Made by a program: the position numbers and the translations under genes
In this document: piece by piece, positions 31,759 through 41,176 of the stretch
How positions within the stretch are numbered: position 1 is the first letter of the stretch
Layout: every line of letters starts with the position of its first letter
The notes under the pieces: model-generated
What the model was told of the DNA's origin: nothing
The model's database searches: none
Seen by the model: the letters and a program-made list of their open reading frames with translations, nothing else
Assembly: GCA_963849325.1 (NCBI GenBank)
Contig: CAWKHF010000013.1
Coordinates: 17,325 to 81,324, forward strand
DNA length: 64,000 nucleotides
DNA from: an uncultured Planctomycetota bacterium
Lineage (GTDB): Bacteria > Planctomycetota > Planctomycetia > Gemmatales > Gemmataceae
Direction: 5' to 3'

Positions 31759-33089
31759 GACGTGCGGCGTTCGGTCAGTACGGTGTCGAGGATGCGCACG
31801 GCTATCTCGACCTGTTCGGCGCTGATGCACAGCGGCGGGCAGAAGCGGACGGCGCTCTCGCCGCAGCCCAGCAGCAGCAGCCCATGTCGGAAGGCCGACT
31901 GCACCACGGCGTCGCGCAGCGCCGCGGCCGAGCCGCCGTCGCGCTCGCCGGCCAGGTCCAGGGCGACCATCAGACCCAGGCCGCGCACTTCGCGGATCTG
32001 CGGGTGTCGGGGCTGGAGGCGGAGCAGCGCTTGCTTGAGCTGTTCGCCGCGCTGGGCGGCGTTGGCGATGTAGCCGCCTTCGAGCAGGTCGAGCGTGGCC
32101 AGGGCGGCGCGGCAGCTGACGGGGTTGCCGCCGAACGTGCTGGCGTGGCTGCCCGATGGCCAATCCATGACCTCCTCGCGCGCGACGATGGCGCCCAGCG
32201 GCATGCCGCTGGCGATGCCCTTGGCCAGGCAGAGGATGTCCGGCTCGACGTCCCAGTGTTCGACGGCGTACAGCTTGCCGGTGCGGCCCATGCCGCTCTG
32301 CACCTCGTCGGCGACCAGCAAAAAGCCGTGACGGTCGCACAGTGTACGCAGAGCGGGCAGAAAGCCGGGCGGCGGAACGTAGTAGCCGCCCTCGCCCTGG
32401 ATCGGCTCGACGAAGATGGCGGCGACCTCGTCCGGCGGCGCGATGCGACGCAGCACCGTCTCCTCGATCTGGCGGACGCACTCACAGCCGCCCTCGCCCC
32501 GGTCGCAGCCGTGGCAGCCGCGCGGATAGGGGACGTGGTGGATGTCCGGCACCAGCGGGGCGAAGCCGCGGCGATGCACCAGCTTGGAGCCGGACAGCGA
32601 CATGGCGCCATAGGTGCGACCGTGGAAGGCGCCGAAGAAGGCGATGACGCGCGAGCGGCCGGTGTGCCAGCGGGCCAGCTTCAGGGCCGCCTCCAGCGCC
32701 TCGGCGCCGCTGTTGGTGAAGAAGACGCGCTTGGGCGATGTGCCGGGTCCGCTCTCGGCCAGGCGCTGGGCCAGGTCGATCTGCGGCTGGTAGTAGAAAT
32801 CGGTGCCGGACATGTGCAGCAGCTTGTGTGCCTGGTCCGTGATGGCCGCGACGACGTGCGGGTGACAGTGGCCGGTGGACGTCACGGCGATGCCGGCGGT
32901 GAAGTCGAGGAACAGGTTGCCGTCCACGTCCTGGATGACGGCGCCGCTGCCGCGCTCGACCACCAGCGGATAGACGCGCGTGTACGAGGGCGACATGAAG
33001 CGCGCGTCGCGCTGGAGCAGCGCCTGCGCCTTGGGGCCAGGCAGCGGCGTGCGGATGTTCGGGACGGTTTCCTTCTCGAAAAGCCACAT
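31755..33089 (-). CDS. Class III PLP aminotransferase (4-aminobutyrate/acetylornithine-like)
   Basis: NSGAEA, FHGRT, EPIQGEGG, DEVQSGMGRTG, AKGIASGMP and STFGGNP. Confidence 0.93.
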   Translation of the reverse strand: MWLFEKETVPNIRTPLPGPKAQALLQRDARFMSPSYTRVYPLVVERGSGAVIQDVDGNLFLDFTAGIAVTSTGHCHPHVVAAITDQAHKLLHMSGTDFYYQPQIDLAQRLAESGPGTSPKRVFFTNSGAEALEAALKLARWHTGRSRVIAFFGAFHGRTYGAMSLSGSKLVHRRGFAPLVPDIHHVPYPRGCHGCDRGEGGCECVRQIEETVLRRIAPPDEVAAIFVEPIQGEGGYYVPPPGFLPALRTLCDRHGFLLVADEVQSGMGRTGKLYAVEHWDVEPDILCLAKGIASGMPLGAIVAREEVMDWPSGSHASTFGGNPVSCRAALATLDLLEGGYIANAAQRGEQLKQALLRLQPRHPQIREVRGLGLMVALDLAGERDGGSAAALRDAVVQSAFRHGLLLLGCGESAVRFCPPLCISAEQVEIAVRILDTVLTERRTS

Positions 33090-33112
33090 GGACGATCCTC
33101 CTTGAACTAGAT

Positions 33113-33268
33113 AAGAATTTCACCACGGAACACACGGAATACACGGAAAAAGACAAAAATAAAAGGATCGGAACGATCAGGGAGAGCGAGGTGTGCATTT
33201 GTTATGCATAACCTATCCTCCTTTTTGTCTTTTTCCGTGTATTCCGTGTGTTCCGTGGTGAAATTCTT
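33113..33268. repeat. Perfect 47-bp inverted repeat with CACGGAA-based 9-mers (related to 24719/29836)
   Basis: AAGAATTTCACCACGGAACACACGGAATACACGGAAAAAGACAAAAA and its exact reverse complement ending at 33268. Confidence 0.92.
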
Positions 33269-33278
33269 TGTGATCCTT

Positions 33279-34790
33279 TTACGCTGGGCCGCCCTCAATG
33301 TCGGTCGTCAACCCCTGGGCCATCTTGACCTCGGTGCCGTGGTTGACCGTCCACGCCGTCTTGTGCGTGACCGTCTCGATCAGCCCGGCGGCGGAGGGAT
33401 GGCCGTTGCCGCTCTTCTTGACGCCGCCGAACGGCAGGTGGACCTCGGCGCCGATGCACGGCAGATTGACGTAGCCCATGCCGTACTCGCACTCGTCGCG
33501 GAACCAACGCATGGCCCGGTAGTCTTCCGTCACCACCGCCATCGACAACCCGTAGTGCGTGTCGTTGTAGATGCGTACCGCGTCCTCGTTGTTCTTGAAG
33601 GGGACCAGCGCCAGATGCGGGCCGAACACCTCTTCGCGCAGCACGCGCACCCCGCGGCGATGCTCCATGCGGTAGACGAACGGCGACAGGTAGCAGCCGG
33701 CGGCGTGCTCGCCGCCGGTCATGCGGCCGCCGTCGAGCAGTACCGTGGCGCCTTCCTGGCGGGCCAGGGCGTTGTAACGCTCGACCTTCTCGACCGCGTC
33801 GCGGTGGATGACAGGGCCAGTGAAGTTGCCGGGGTCGAGCGGGTCGCCGATGCGCAGCCGTTTCGCCGCGGCCACCAGCTTGTCGGCGAAGCGGTCGAAG
33901 ATCGACTCGGCGACGAGGATACGGCCGGCCGAGACACAGCGCTGGCCGCTGGTCTTGAAGGCGCTGACCAGGGCACAGTTGACGGCCAGGTCGAGCCGGG
34001 CGTCGGCGCAGACGATGACGGCGCTTTTGCTGCCCATCTCGCAGGCGACGATGCGATCGTAATGCTCGGCGGACAGCTGCTGGATGCGCTGGCCGACGTC
34101 GTAGCTGCCGGTGAACAGCACGACGTTGACGTCCGCGTCGCGGACCAGCGCCTCGCCGGTCTCGGCCGCTCCGTGTACGAGGTTGACCGTACCGGCGGGG
34201 AAGCCGGCCTCCTCGAACAACTCGGTCAGGCGCTGGCCGATGGCCGGCGTGTCCTCCGAAGGCTTGAAGACGACCGTGTTGCCTTCGAGCAGGCTCGGCC
34301 CGAGCATCCACAGCGGCACGGCGAAAGGGAAATTCCACGGCGTAATGACGGCGACGACGCCCCAGGGCTTGCGGCGCATGAAGGCGTCCTTCTCGGCGAT
34401 CTCCGAGGCCAGCACGTCGCCGATCGGCATGCGGCCGGTGCCGAAGACGTATTGAACCATGTGCAAGCCTTCGATCACCTCGGCCCGGCACTCGCTGACA
34501 ACCTTGCCGCACTCGCGGGCCATCAGCCGGGCCAGCTCGTCGGCCTCGCGCTTGACGATCTGGGCGAGGTTGTCGAACAGTTCGGCGCGGTGGATGCGAC
34601 TGGCGCGGCGCCAGGCGGGGAAAGCGGCGCGGGCGGCGGCGACGGCCTGCCGTGCCGCCTCGACGCCGCTGTCGGGGAAGACGCCGAGGACCTCGCTCTC
34701 GCGGGCGGGGCTACGGCTCTCGAAGCGGACGCCGTTGGCGGGCTGCCAACGGCCGGCAATCAGGTTGCGTCCGGTGATGATGGCGGACAT
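33279..34790 (-). CDS. NAD(P)-dependent aldehyde dehydrogenase
   Basis: ITPWNFP, KPSEDTP, FTGS, EMGSKS, GQRCVS, EEVFGP and PFGGVKKSG. Confidence 0.95.
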   Translation of the reverse strand: MSAIITGRNLIAGRWQPANGVRFESRSPARESEVLGVFPDSGVEAARQAVAAARAAFPAWRRASRIHRAELFDNLAQIVKREADELARLMARECGKVVSECRAEVIEGLHMVQYVFGTGRMPIGDVLASEIAEKDAFMRRKPWGVVAVITPWNFPFAVPLWMLGPSLLEGNTVVFKPSEDTPAIGQRLTELFEEAGFPAGTVNLVHGAAETGEALVRDADVNVVLFTGSYDVGQRIQQLSAEHYDRIVACEMGSKSAVIVCADARLDLAVNCALVSAFKTSGQRCVSAGRILVAESIFDRFADKLVAAAKRLRIGDPLDPGNFTGPVIHRDAVEKVERYNALARQEGATVLLDGGRMTGGEHAAGCYLSPFVYRMEHRRGVRVLREEVFGPHLALVPFKNNEDAVRIYNDTHYGLSMAVVTEDYRAMRWFRDECEYGMGYVNLPCIGAEVHLPFGGVKKSGNGHPSAAGLIETVTHKTAWTVNHGTEVKMAQGLTTDIEGGPA

Positions 34791-35057
34791 GCGGTCGGTC
34801 CTCCTGAACTACAAGGCTGGCGGCCCTTCCCGGCCGGGGGCGGGACGATCGCGCCGGGGGAGAATCGAGGGAGATTTGACACGCGGGTTCGATCGTTCCA
34901 TCGTTATTATATCGGAAGGGACAATCCTCTCAACCACAAGCGCGGCGGCGGGCCGGGCGACTTCCTCCCGTCGGGGTTGCCTTCACCGCGTCCGGTGTGG
35001 ATAATGGATCGAAACGGTGACTAATTCCGGTAGCACGATCCTGCGAGGGACACGGCC

Positions 35058-35558
35058 ATGTGGACAGCCCTGGTGGTGAGTTTGGTGCTCGGCGCTCCGC
35101 CGACGAAGGAGACCCCGGCCAAACGGGACGAAGACCGGGACTTGAAAATCCTGGCTCGCGGCGTCTGGCCCGTCCGTCAGCGGACGCCGGCGCAGCTGGT
35201 AATCCGCAACGGCGAAGAGCTGGCGCTGGCCCATCGCATCGACGCGGAGCACGCCAAGCAGATGCGCATGCAGATGGCCACCGAGAAGGACGTTGCCGCC
35301 CTGCTCAAGGTCAAGACCATCGACTGGAGAAAGCACATGCTCGTGGTTGTCGCGGCCGGCACACGACCCACGGGAGGCTATGGCGTGGAAGTGCTCACGC
35401 TGCCGATCCGGGAGAAGTCCCTCACCATACACTGGAAGCTCAACCGTCCCGCGCCGGGCTCGGTTGTGTCGCAGGGGATGACGTATCCGGCGCAGATGGT
35501 GCTGGTCGAGTGCTTCAAAGGTACCGTCCAATTCAACCCCCCCATCAAGGATCGGTGA
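35058..35558 (+). CDS. Secreted PrcB C-terminal-like domain protein
   Basis: Signal peptide; IDWRKHMLVVVAAGTRPTGGYGVEV...QGMTYP. Confidence 0.7.
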   Translation: MWTALVVSLVLGAPPTKETPAKRDEDRDLKILARGVWPVRQRTPAQLVIRNGEELALAHRIDAEHAKQMRMQMATEKDVAALLKVKTIDWRKHMLVVVAAGTRPTGGYGVEVLTLPIREKSLTIHWKLNRPAPGSVVSQGMTYPAQMVLVECFKGTVQFNPPIKDR

Positions 35559-35566
35559 AGGGGCAA

Positions 35567-35637
35567 TATGGTTTAGGGTTTAGGGTGAAGAAGGGGAGCC
35601 TGGCCGATGTCCCGAACCCTCCTACCCTAAACCCTAC
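35567..35637. repeat. Second, degenerate TTTAGGG palindromic element
   Basis: TATGGTTTAGGGTTTAGGGTGAAGAA...ACCCTAAACCCTAC; shares the TAGGGTGAAGAA junction with the 4604 copy. Confidence 0.88.
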
Positions 35638-37229
35638 CGAGACGGCCGAGGCGGCTCGACACCTTGCAGCCTCAGCGTGCTCACCGCCTTGGTTTCCACG
35701 TCGATCACCTGGATACGGTGGGCGTTGGTGTCGGCGACATACAGCTTGCCGTTGGCGTAGCTGATGCCGCCCGGCTCGTTGAACAACTTCGTCTTCTTGT
35801 CGCCCACGAAGGTCGTGCAGGCGCGCGTGCTCGGATCGAGCACCTTGATCTTGCTGTTGTAGGTGTCGGCCACGTACAGCTTGCCCTCCACGAAGACGAT
35901 GCCCAGCGCATGTTGCAGCCGCGCTCGCGGGCCGACGCCGTCGTCGTCGCCGAAGTCGAACAGGCCGGTGCCGACCAGCGTGGACACGTCGCCCTTGCCG
36001 TCGAGGGGGACGGCGCGGATGGCGCTGACCTCGCTGTCGGCGACGAACAGAGTCAGAGCATTGGCCGCCAGGCCGCTGGGCTGAGCGAAACAGCTGCCCG
36101 GCCGCGGCCCGTCCACCAGGTTCTCGAAGCCGGTCCCGGCGAAGGGGACGACCACGCGCTTGACCAAATCCATCACCCAGATTTGATGGTGGCCGGCCAT
36201 GGCGATGTACAGATAGCCGTCGCGGACGAGCAGGCCCCACGGGCTGTTCAAGCCGGTACTCAGGGCCGGGCCGCCGCGGCGGATGTCCGTGCCCTGGCGG
36301 CCGACGCCGGCGACGACTCGCACCGTCTGCTTGCGCAGGTCGAGGGCGCGGATCATGTGGTTCTTGCAATCGGCCACGTACAGCGTCTGACCGTCGAGGG
36401 CCAATCCCTGCGGGTCGTTGAACGAGGCCCGCCCGAAGGGACCATCGGCGTGGCCCGGCTTGCCGATGCCGGCGATGGCGAGTTTCTTGCCGTCCAGGTC
36501 GGTGACGACGATGCGGTGGTGCGTGCTGTCGGCGATGAACAGTCGTCTGCCAGCAGCGTCGGCCAGCACCTTGCCGGGGAAGTACAGCGGACTGTTCGTC
36601 GCCTTCTCCGCCTTTTCCTTGGTGAAGTGGATCGGCTTCTCGTTGAGCGTGCGGTTGGCCCGGTGAGTGCGGATGAGCTTGTCGATGACCGGCACGGCGT
36701 CGTGGTAGATGTGCTCGAGCTTCGAGCCGGCGACGATGAAGCCCTCCGGGTCGATCACGGCCACGGTCGGCCACGAATCGACGCCGTAGGCCGTCCAGAT
36801 TTTGCGATCGGCGTCGTTGACGACCGGGTGGTCGATCTCGTAGCGCTGCATCGCCTTTTCGATACTTTTAGGGTCTTTTTCGTTGTCGAACTTCGGGGAG
36901 TGGACGCCGATGACGACCAGTTCGTTGGGATACTTCTTCTCCAGCCTGACCAGGTCGGGGAAGAGGTGCAGGCAATTAATTCAGCACAGCGTCCAGAAGT
37001 CGAGGAGAACGATCTTGCCGCGCAGGTTGGCGAGCTTGATCGGCTTATCGCTGCCGAGATAGCCAACGGCGCCATTGAGTTCGGGGGCCTTGATGCGCTC
37101 GGCCGCCTGGGCATGTACGTGCGGCAGAGCCGACGAGGGTAGGCCGGCAAGGGTCAGGCCCACACAGACGGGAAGTGCGATGGCGAAGAGTCGCCGACGC
37201 ATCCGGTCCGATGAGAAGAAGGTACACAT
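35634..37229 (-). CDS. Exported thioredoxin-like + NHL-repeat protein (NHLRC2/SOQ1-like); probable selenoprotein, TGA at 36983-36981
   Basis: ORFs 36981..37229 and 35634..36851 share a frame. Read-through gives LDFWTLC-U-INCLHLFPDL..IGVHSPKFDNE, followed by NHL repeats (FNDPQG, LNSPWG, FAQPSG, LQHALG, FNEPGG). Confidence 0.88.
36935..36964 (-). promoter_or_regulatory. Candidate bacterial SECIS element
   Basis: mRNA UCUUCCCCGACCU-GGUC-AGGCUGGAGAAGA: 11 of 13 pairs, loop starting with G, loop 29 nt downstream of the UGA. Confidence 0.65.
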
Positions 37230-37410
37230 GAACGCTCTCCGTTGGGCGCGGGGTCATGCGGGCGGATCGACGCCCGAGGTGTCTCCTCTCACTGTACCCG
37301 GAATGGGCAGCGCGTGCAATTTGGGCGCGAGGTGATGCCCGATTCGTCAGATTCGCGCGGACGGGGGACCGTCTTGCGGTTTCGGCGCAATGCCGAGCGC
37401 CCCTGGGCCG

Positions 37411-37695
37411 TCAAAGATCGCCGAGTTGGTCGCGATACTTTTCCAAGATCATGTCCAAACCTTCGCGGATCAGGTCGGCCTTGCTACGCTCCAGACGTAT
37501 CGCGGCTTGCTTCACTTTGGCGAGCTTTTCGGGTTCGATGGAGTAGCTATCGAGGATCTTCCGGCTCTTGATCTGTTCCCGCCGATGCGGATCGAGAGGG
37601 TGGACGGTGCTGTCCCCCAGACCCTCCGCGATAATAAGGACGGTATCGAGACTGTCGCTCCGGGGCATTTCGGAGTTGTGTTGCGGCTGACTCAT
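37411..37695 (-). CDS. Ribbon-helix-helix DNA-binding protein
   Basis: SYSIEPEKLAKVKQAAIRLERSKADLIREGLDMIL. Confidence 0.8.
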   Translation of the reverse strand: MSQPQHNSEMPRSDSLDTVLIIAEGLGDSTVHPLDPHRREQIKSRKILDSYSIEPEKLAKVKQAAIRLERSKADLIREGLDMILEKYRDQLGDL

Positions 37696-38087
37696 GGTGT
37701 CTCCTTCTTTACGAATACCTGAACTGTTCGCTGGGCGATGATATCTCCATCTGCCAAGAGACGAACTTGATAACGTCCTTCCACGGGGAAAGACAGGGAT
37801 CCACGAAAGAGGACGCGGACCTCCTGGAGAGGATCGGAGAAAGTCGCCGGAAGATCGCGGGTCAAGAGTTCATCGAGCGTATCGGGCCGCACAACTTCCA
37901 AGCGGATCTGGCCGTCACCGAGGCCATCTGTGAGCCACGCATAAACAATGAAGCGCTGAGGTTCGGAAGGAACCGCTTTCACTCGCAAGCGCGTTAAACA
38001 GTTGACGAGGGTGATGTTGTGCGTCTTCTCCTCGACGATTACCTGCTCGCACACGGCCAGTCCTGTGGCTGCAGGTCGCTGAATCAT
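37692..38087 (-). CDS. Small beta-rich hypothetical protein (DUF6941-like)
   Basis: AVCEQVIVEE..ITLVN..FPVEGRYQVRLLADG; its stop overlaps the RHH start (ATGA). Confidence 0.65.
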   Translation of the reverse strand: MIQRPAATGLAVCEQVIVEEKTHNITLVNCLTRLRVKAVPSEPQRFIVYAWLTDGLGDGQIRLEVVRPDTLDELLTRDLPATFSDPLQEVRVLFRGSLSFPVEGRYQVRLLADGDIIAQRTVQVFVKKETP

Positions 38088-38125
38088 GCGCGCCTCCGAA
38101 CAAGGGAATGGCCCAACTTAGCTAT

Positions 38126-38153
38126 ATTATATAATCTTCTACGAGAAGGTCAA
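38126..38153 (-). promoter_or_regulatory. Near-consensus sigma70 promoter with a palindromic operator candidate
   Basis: Minus strand TTGACC-16-TATAAT; CTTCT-N3-AGAAG inverted repeat at 38136-38148. Confidence 0.65.
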
Positions 38154-38321
38154 TAGAATCAGGCGTGACGCCGAAGAAGGGAATGGTTCGGTCTTCTCCG
38201 TGCTGCTTGTCCGCCCTTTCATTCTTTCAGACCCCGGCCGGAAAGAGGCGATCATCGCTCTAGCTTCGCAAAAAGGTTCCGATGCCTATTTTCCGCGGCT
38301 TTTTGGGAGTATCCTGGGGGC

Positions 38322-39344
38322 ATGAGTCGAGCCAAGCCAACGCCGATGCCGCTGTGGGAGCTGACCCCTGGCCAGCACGCCGACTTCTTCGCACTGTTGG
38401 CCGAAAAGACCCGAGGCACAACGCGCGAGGGCAAACCGTACTACGCCTGCCGCTTCCGCGATGCTCGCCGCGGTGTCGCCTTCATGGCCTGGCAGGACAG
38501 CAGCTGGTTCGAGCCCTGTGAACGCGACTGGCAGGTCGGCCAGTTCTACAAGCTCCGCGCCGCCTACGGCGAACACGAGCGCTACGGCCCGCAGCTGATC
38601 GAGCTGCACGCCATCCGGCCCGTCAACGACGCCGACCGCGCCGACGGCTTCGATCCGCTCTCGTTCGTCGAGCATTCGCGCTACGACGCCGCGGTGATGT
38701 TCGCCGAGTTAAAGGCGCTGGCCGAGACGAACATCGCCGACGAGCCGCTGCGCCGTCTGGTGCTGACGCTGCTGGATCGCCACGCCGAGCCGTTGCAGCG
38801 TCTGCCGGCGACGCGCGATCGCTTTTACCCCTTCGCCGGCGGTCTGCTCGAACACACGCTGTCGGTGACGCGCTCGTGCCTGCACTTGGCGGAGCGCTAC
38901 GCGGCCCACTACACCGAGCTGCGTCCGCCGCTGAACCGCGACCTGATCGTGGCCGGGGCGATCCTGCACGACATCGGCCGCGTGCTGGAGTTCGGCGAGG
39001 CGGTCCCCGGCGTCAGTCCGGCGTATACCGTGCCGGGTCGGCTGGTCGGCCATCTGATCCTCGGCCGCGATCTGGTGCGCGACACGGCCCGCGAACTGGG
39101 CGACGTCAACCCGGAGTTGGTGCAGATGCTCGAACACATCCTCCTGAGCCATTTGGCCCTGCCGGAGTGGGGTTCGCCGCGTCTGCCGCTGGTGCCGGAG
39201 TGCCTCATCATTCATCACGCCGACGATCTGGATGCGAAGCTGGAGATGTACGCGCGCTGCCTCAGCCGCGACCGGGCCGAGGGGCCGTTCACGGACCGCG
39301 ATCCGGTGCTCAACCGCAATCTGTTCAAGGGACGGAGTGTGTGA
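38322..39344 (+). CDS. yhaM: YhaM/CBF1-like OB-fold + HD-domain 3'-5' exoribonuclease
   Basis: GKPYY OB-fold region; GGLLEHTLSV, GAILHDIGR, GRLVGHL, HILLSH and IIHHADDLDAK. Confidence 0.85.
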   Translation: MSRAKPTPMPLWELTPGQHADFFALLAEKTRGTTREGKPYYACRFRDARRGVAFMAWQDSSWFEPCERDWQVGQFYKLRAAYGEHERYGPQLIELHAIRPVNDADRADGFDPLSFVEHSRYDAAVMFAELKALAETNIADEPLRRLVLTLLDRHAEPLQRLPATRDRFYPFAGGLLEHTLSVTRSCLHLAERYAAHYTELRPPLNRDLIVAGAILHDIGRVLEFGEAVPGVSPAYTVPGRLVGHLILGRDLVRDTARELGDVNPELVQMLEHILLSHLALPEWGSPRLPLVPECLIIHHADDLDAKLEMYARCLSRDRAEGPFTDRDPVLNRNLFKGRSV

Positions 39345-39568
39345 AGAGAGTAAAGGAGCAATGAATCATTGCATCATTCTCAGAATTCGGCGCGAGTTGA
39401 TCCCACGGCGACGAAAGTGCAGGCCGACTTTCGGGAGGCGAAGGCATTTGAGGAATTGAATTGGCGGCGGAAATGGGTGTTTGCTCCATCAAGCATTTGG
39501 AGGAAGCTGGGGCAGGAGGCGGACCTGTGGCGCGGCAGAGCTTAAGACGGTTTTGAAGATGCTACGCG

Positions 39569-40835
39569 TGGACTGCTCCCCAAAAAGTGGTCCAGGTGCT
39601 ATGAGAGTCTCTGAGGCCCTTCGCGGGCCAGGAGACGAACCATGAAACGACACACGGCCGAAGAGATCATCCCCAAGCTGCGACAAGCCGAGGCCGACCT
39701 CGCCCAAGGCTTGACCATCGCCCAGGTCTGCCAACGCCTGGCCATCAGCGAGCAGACCCTGCATCGCTGGCGCAACCAGTACGGCGGACTCAAGGCCGAC
39801 GAGGCCAAACGCCTCAAGGAACTGGAAGCCGAGAACGCACGCCTCAAGCGTCTCGTCGCCGAGCTGGCCCTGGACAAGCAGATGCTCCAGGAGGTCGCCC
39901 AAAAAAAGTGCTGACCGCCGCCCAGCGTCGCCAGGCCGTGCGTCAACTCCAGGAGACCTTCGGCGTGTCGCAACGTCGCGCCTGCCGTGTGCTGGGGCAA
40001 CCACGCTCCACGCAGCGGCAGACGCCCAAAACCTCCGAGGAGGAGGGGCGGTTGGTGCGGCGGATGTTGGAGATGGTGCGGCAGCATCCGCGTTGGGGCT
40101 ACCGCCGCATCACGGTGTTGCTGCGGCGGGAAGGCTGGCGTGTCAACCGCAAGCGGGTGTACCGGCTGTGGCGGCAGCAAGGGCTGAAAGTGCCGCGAAA
40201 GCAGCGAAAAAAGCGGCGGCTGGGTCACAGCGGCAACAGTTGCGTGCGGCGGCCGGCGGAGCACAAGGACCATGTGTGGACGTGGGATTTCCTGCACGAT
40301 CGGACGAGCGACGGCCGGCCTTTGAAGTGGTTGACGCTGATCGACGAGTACACGCCGCGAGTGCTTGGCGTTGGAGGTGGATCGGGGCATGACGGCCCAG
40401 GCGGTGAAGACGGTGCTGGCGGGCGTGGTGCAGCAGCGTGGCGTGCCGGTGCATATCCGCAGCGACAACGGCTCGGAGTTCATCGCCGCGGCCATCCGGA
40501 CCTGGATGACGGCGGCGGGGTTGGAGACGTTGTACATTGCTCCGGGGGCGCCGTGGGAGAACGGCTACGCCGAGTCGTTCAACAGCAAGGTGCGGGACGA
40601 GCTGTTGAACGCGGAGGAGTTTGGCAGCGTGCTGGAGGCGAAGGTGCTGGCCAAGGAGTGGCGGCAGGAATACAACCATGTCCGTCCTCACAGTTCGTTG
40701 GGGTATCGGACGCCAGCGGAGTTCGGGGAGATGTGTCCTCGGCCCGACTCCGCTGCGCTACGCCGGGCCGAGGACACATCTGTAACGATTGATCCGACTC
40801 TCACAGCGCCTGGTACATAAAATGGGGGCAAGCCA
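39569..40835 (+). mobile_element. IS3-family insertion sequence (1267 bp) with 4-bp target duplication CGCG
   Basis: TG...CA ends with imperfect IRs (TGGACTGCTCCCC..CCAGG / CCTGG..GGGGGCAAGCCA); CGCG at 39565-68 and 40836-39. Confidence 0.95.
39642..40820 (+). CDS. IS3 transposase OrfA (39642-39914) / OrfB, programmed -1 frameshift; extra frameshift near 40355
   Basis: HTH + leucine zipper OrfA; A7G slippery site at 39901-39908; DDE segments WTWDF, SDNGSEF and ENGYAESFN. Confidence 0.93.
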
Positions 40836-41176
40836 CGCGAGCACAGGTAGAAAAAGAAGAGACGAATGGCCTGAAGGGTGAAATGTAATCGCCGAAAGGG
40901 GGAGGCAAGGGTTTCGGCCCCGCGAGAAGCAGTGAAATATGTACATAAGGTTTTGCCAATTAATGAGTTGCGATTATTAATCTGGATTCGCTGAGAAACG
41001 GATGAGTAAGAGCATAATTTTTTCTTTTTTTCCTTGCGGATGAGAGAGAGGAGGCGTATACTTACGATCCTAACTCTACAGCAATTTGTACATCCCGAGC
41101 AGATCTCGAATCTGCTCAGTTCACTAAGGGCATTGCCCAGCACCTCAAGCTGGGCCATTTCAGAAGGAGTATCGCC

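Noticed and set aside
24719-33268. Short repeats as a possible CRISPR array
   Set aside because: Units are adjacent 9-mers in inverted arms with no unique spacers, and no cas genes are present.
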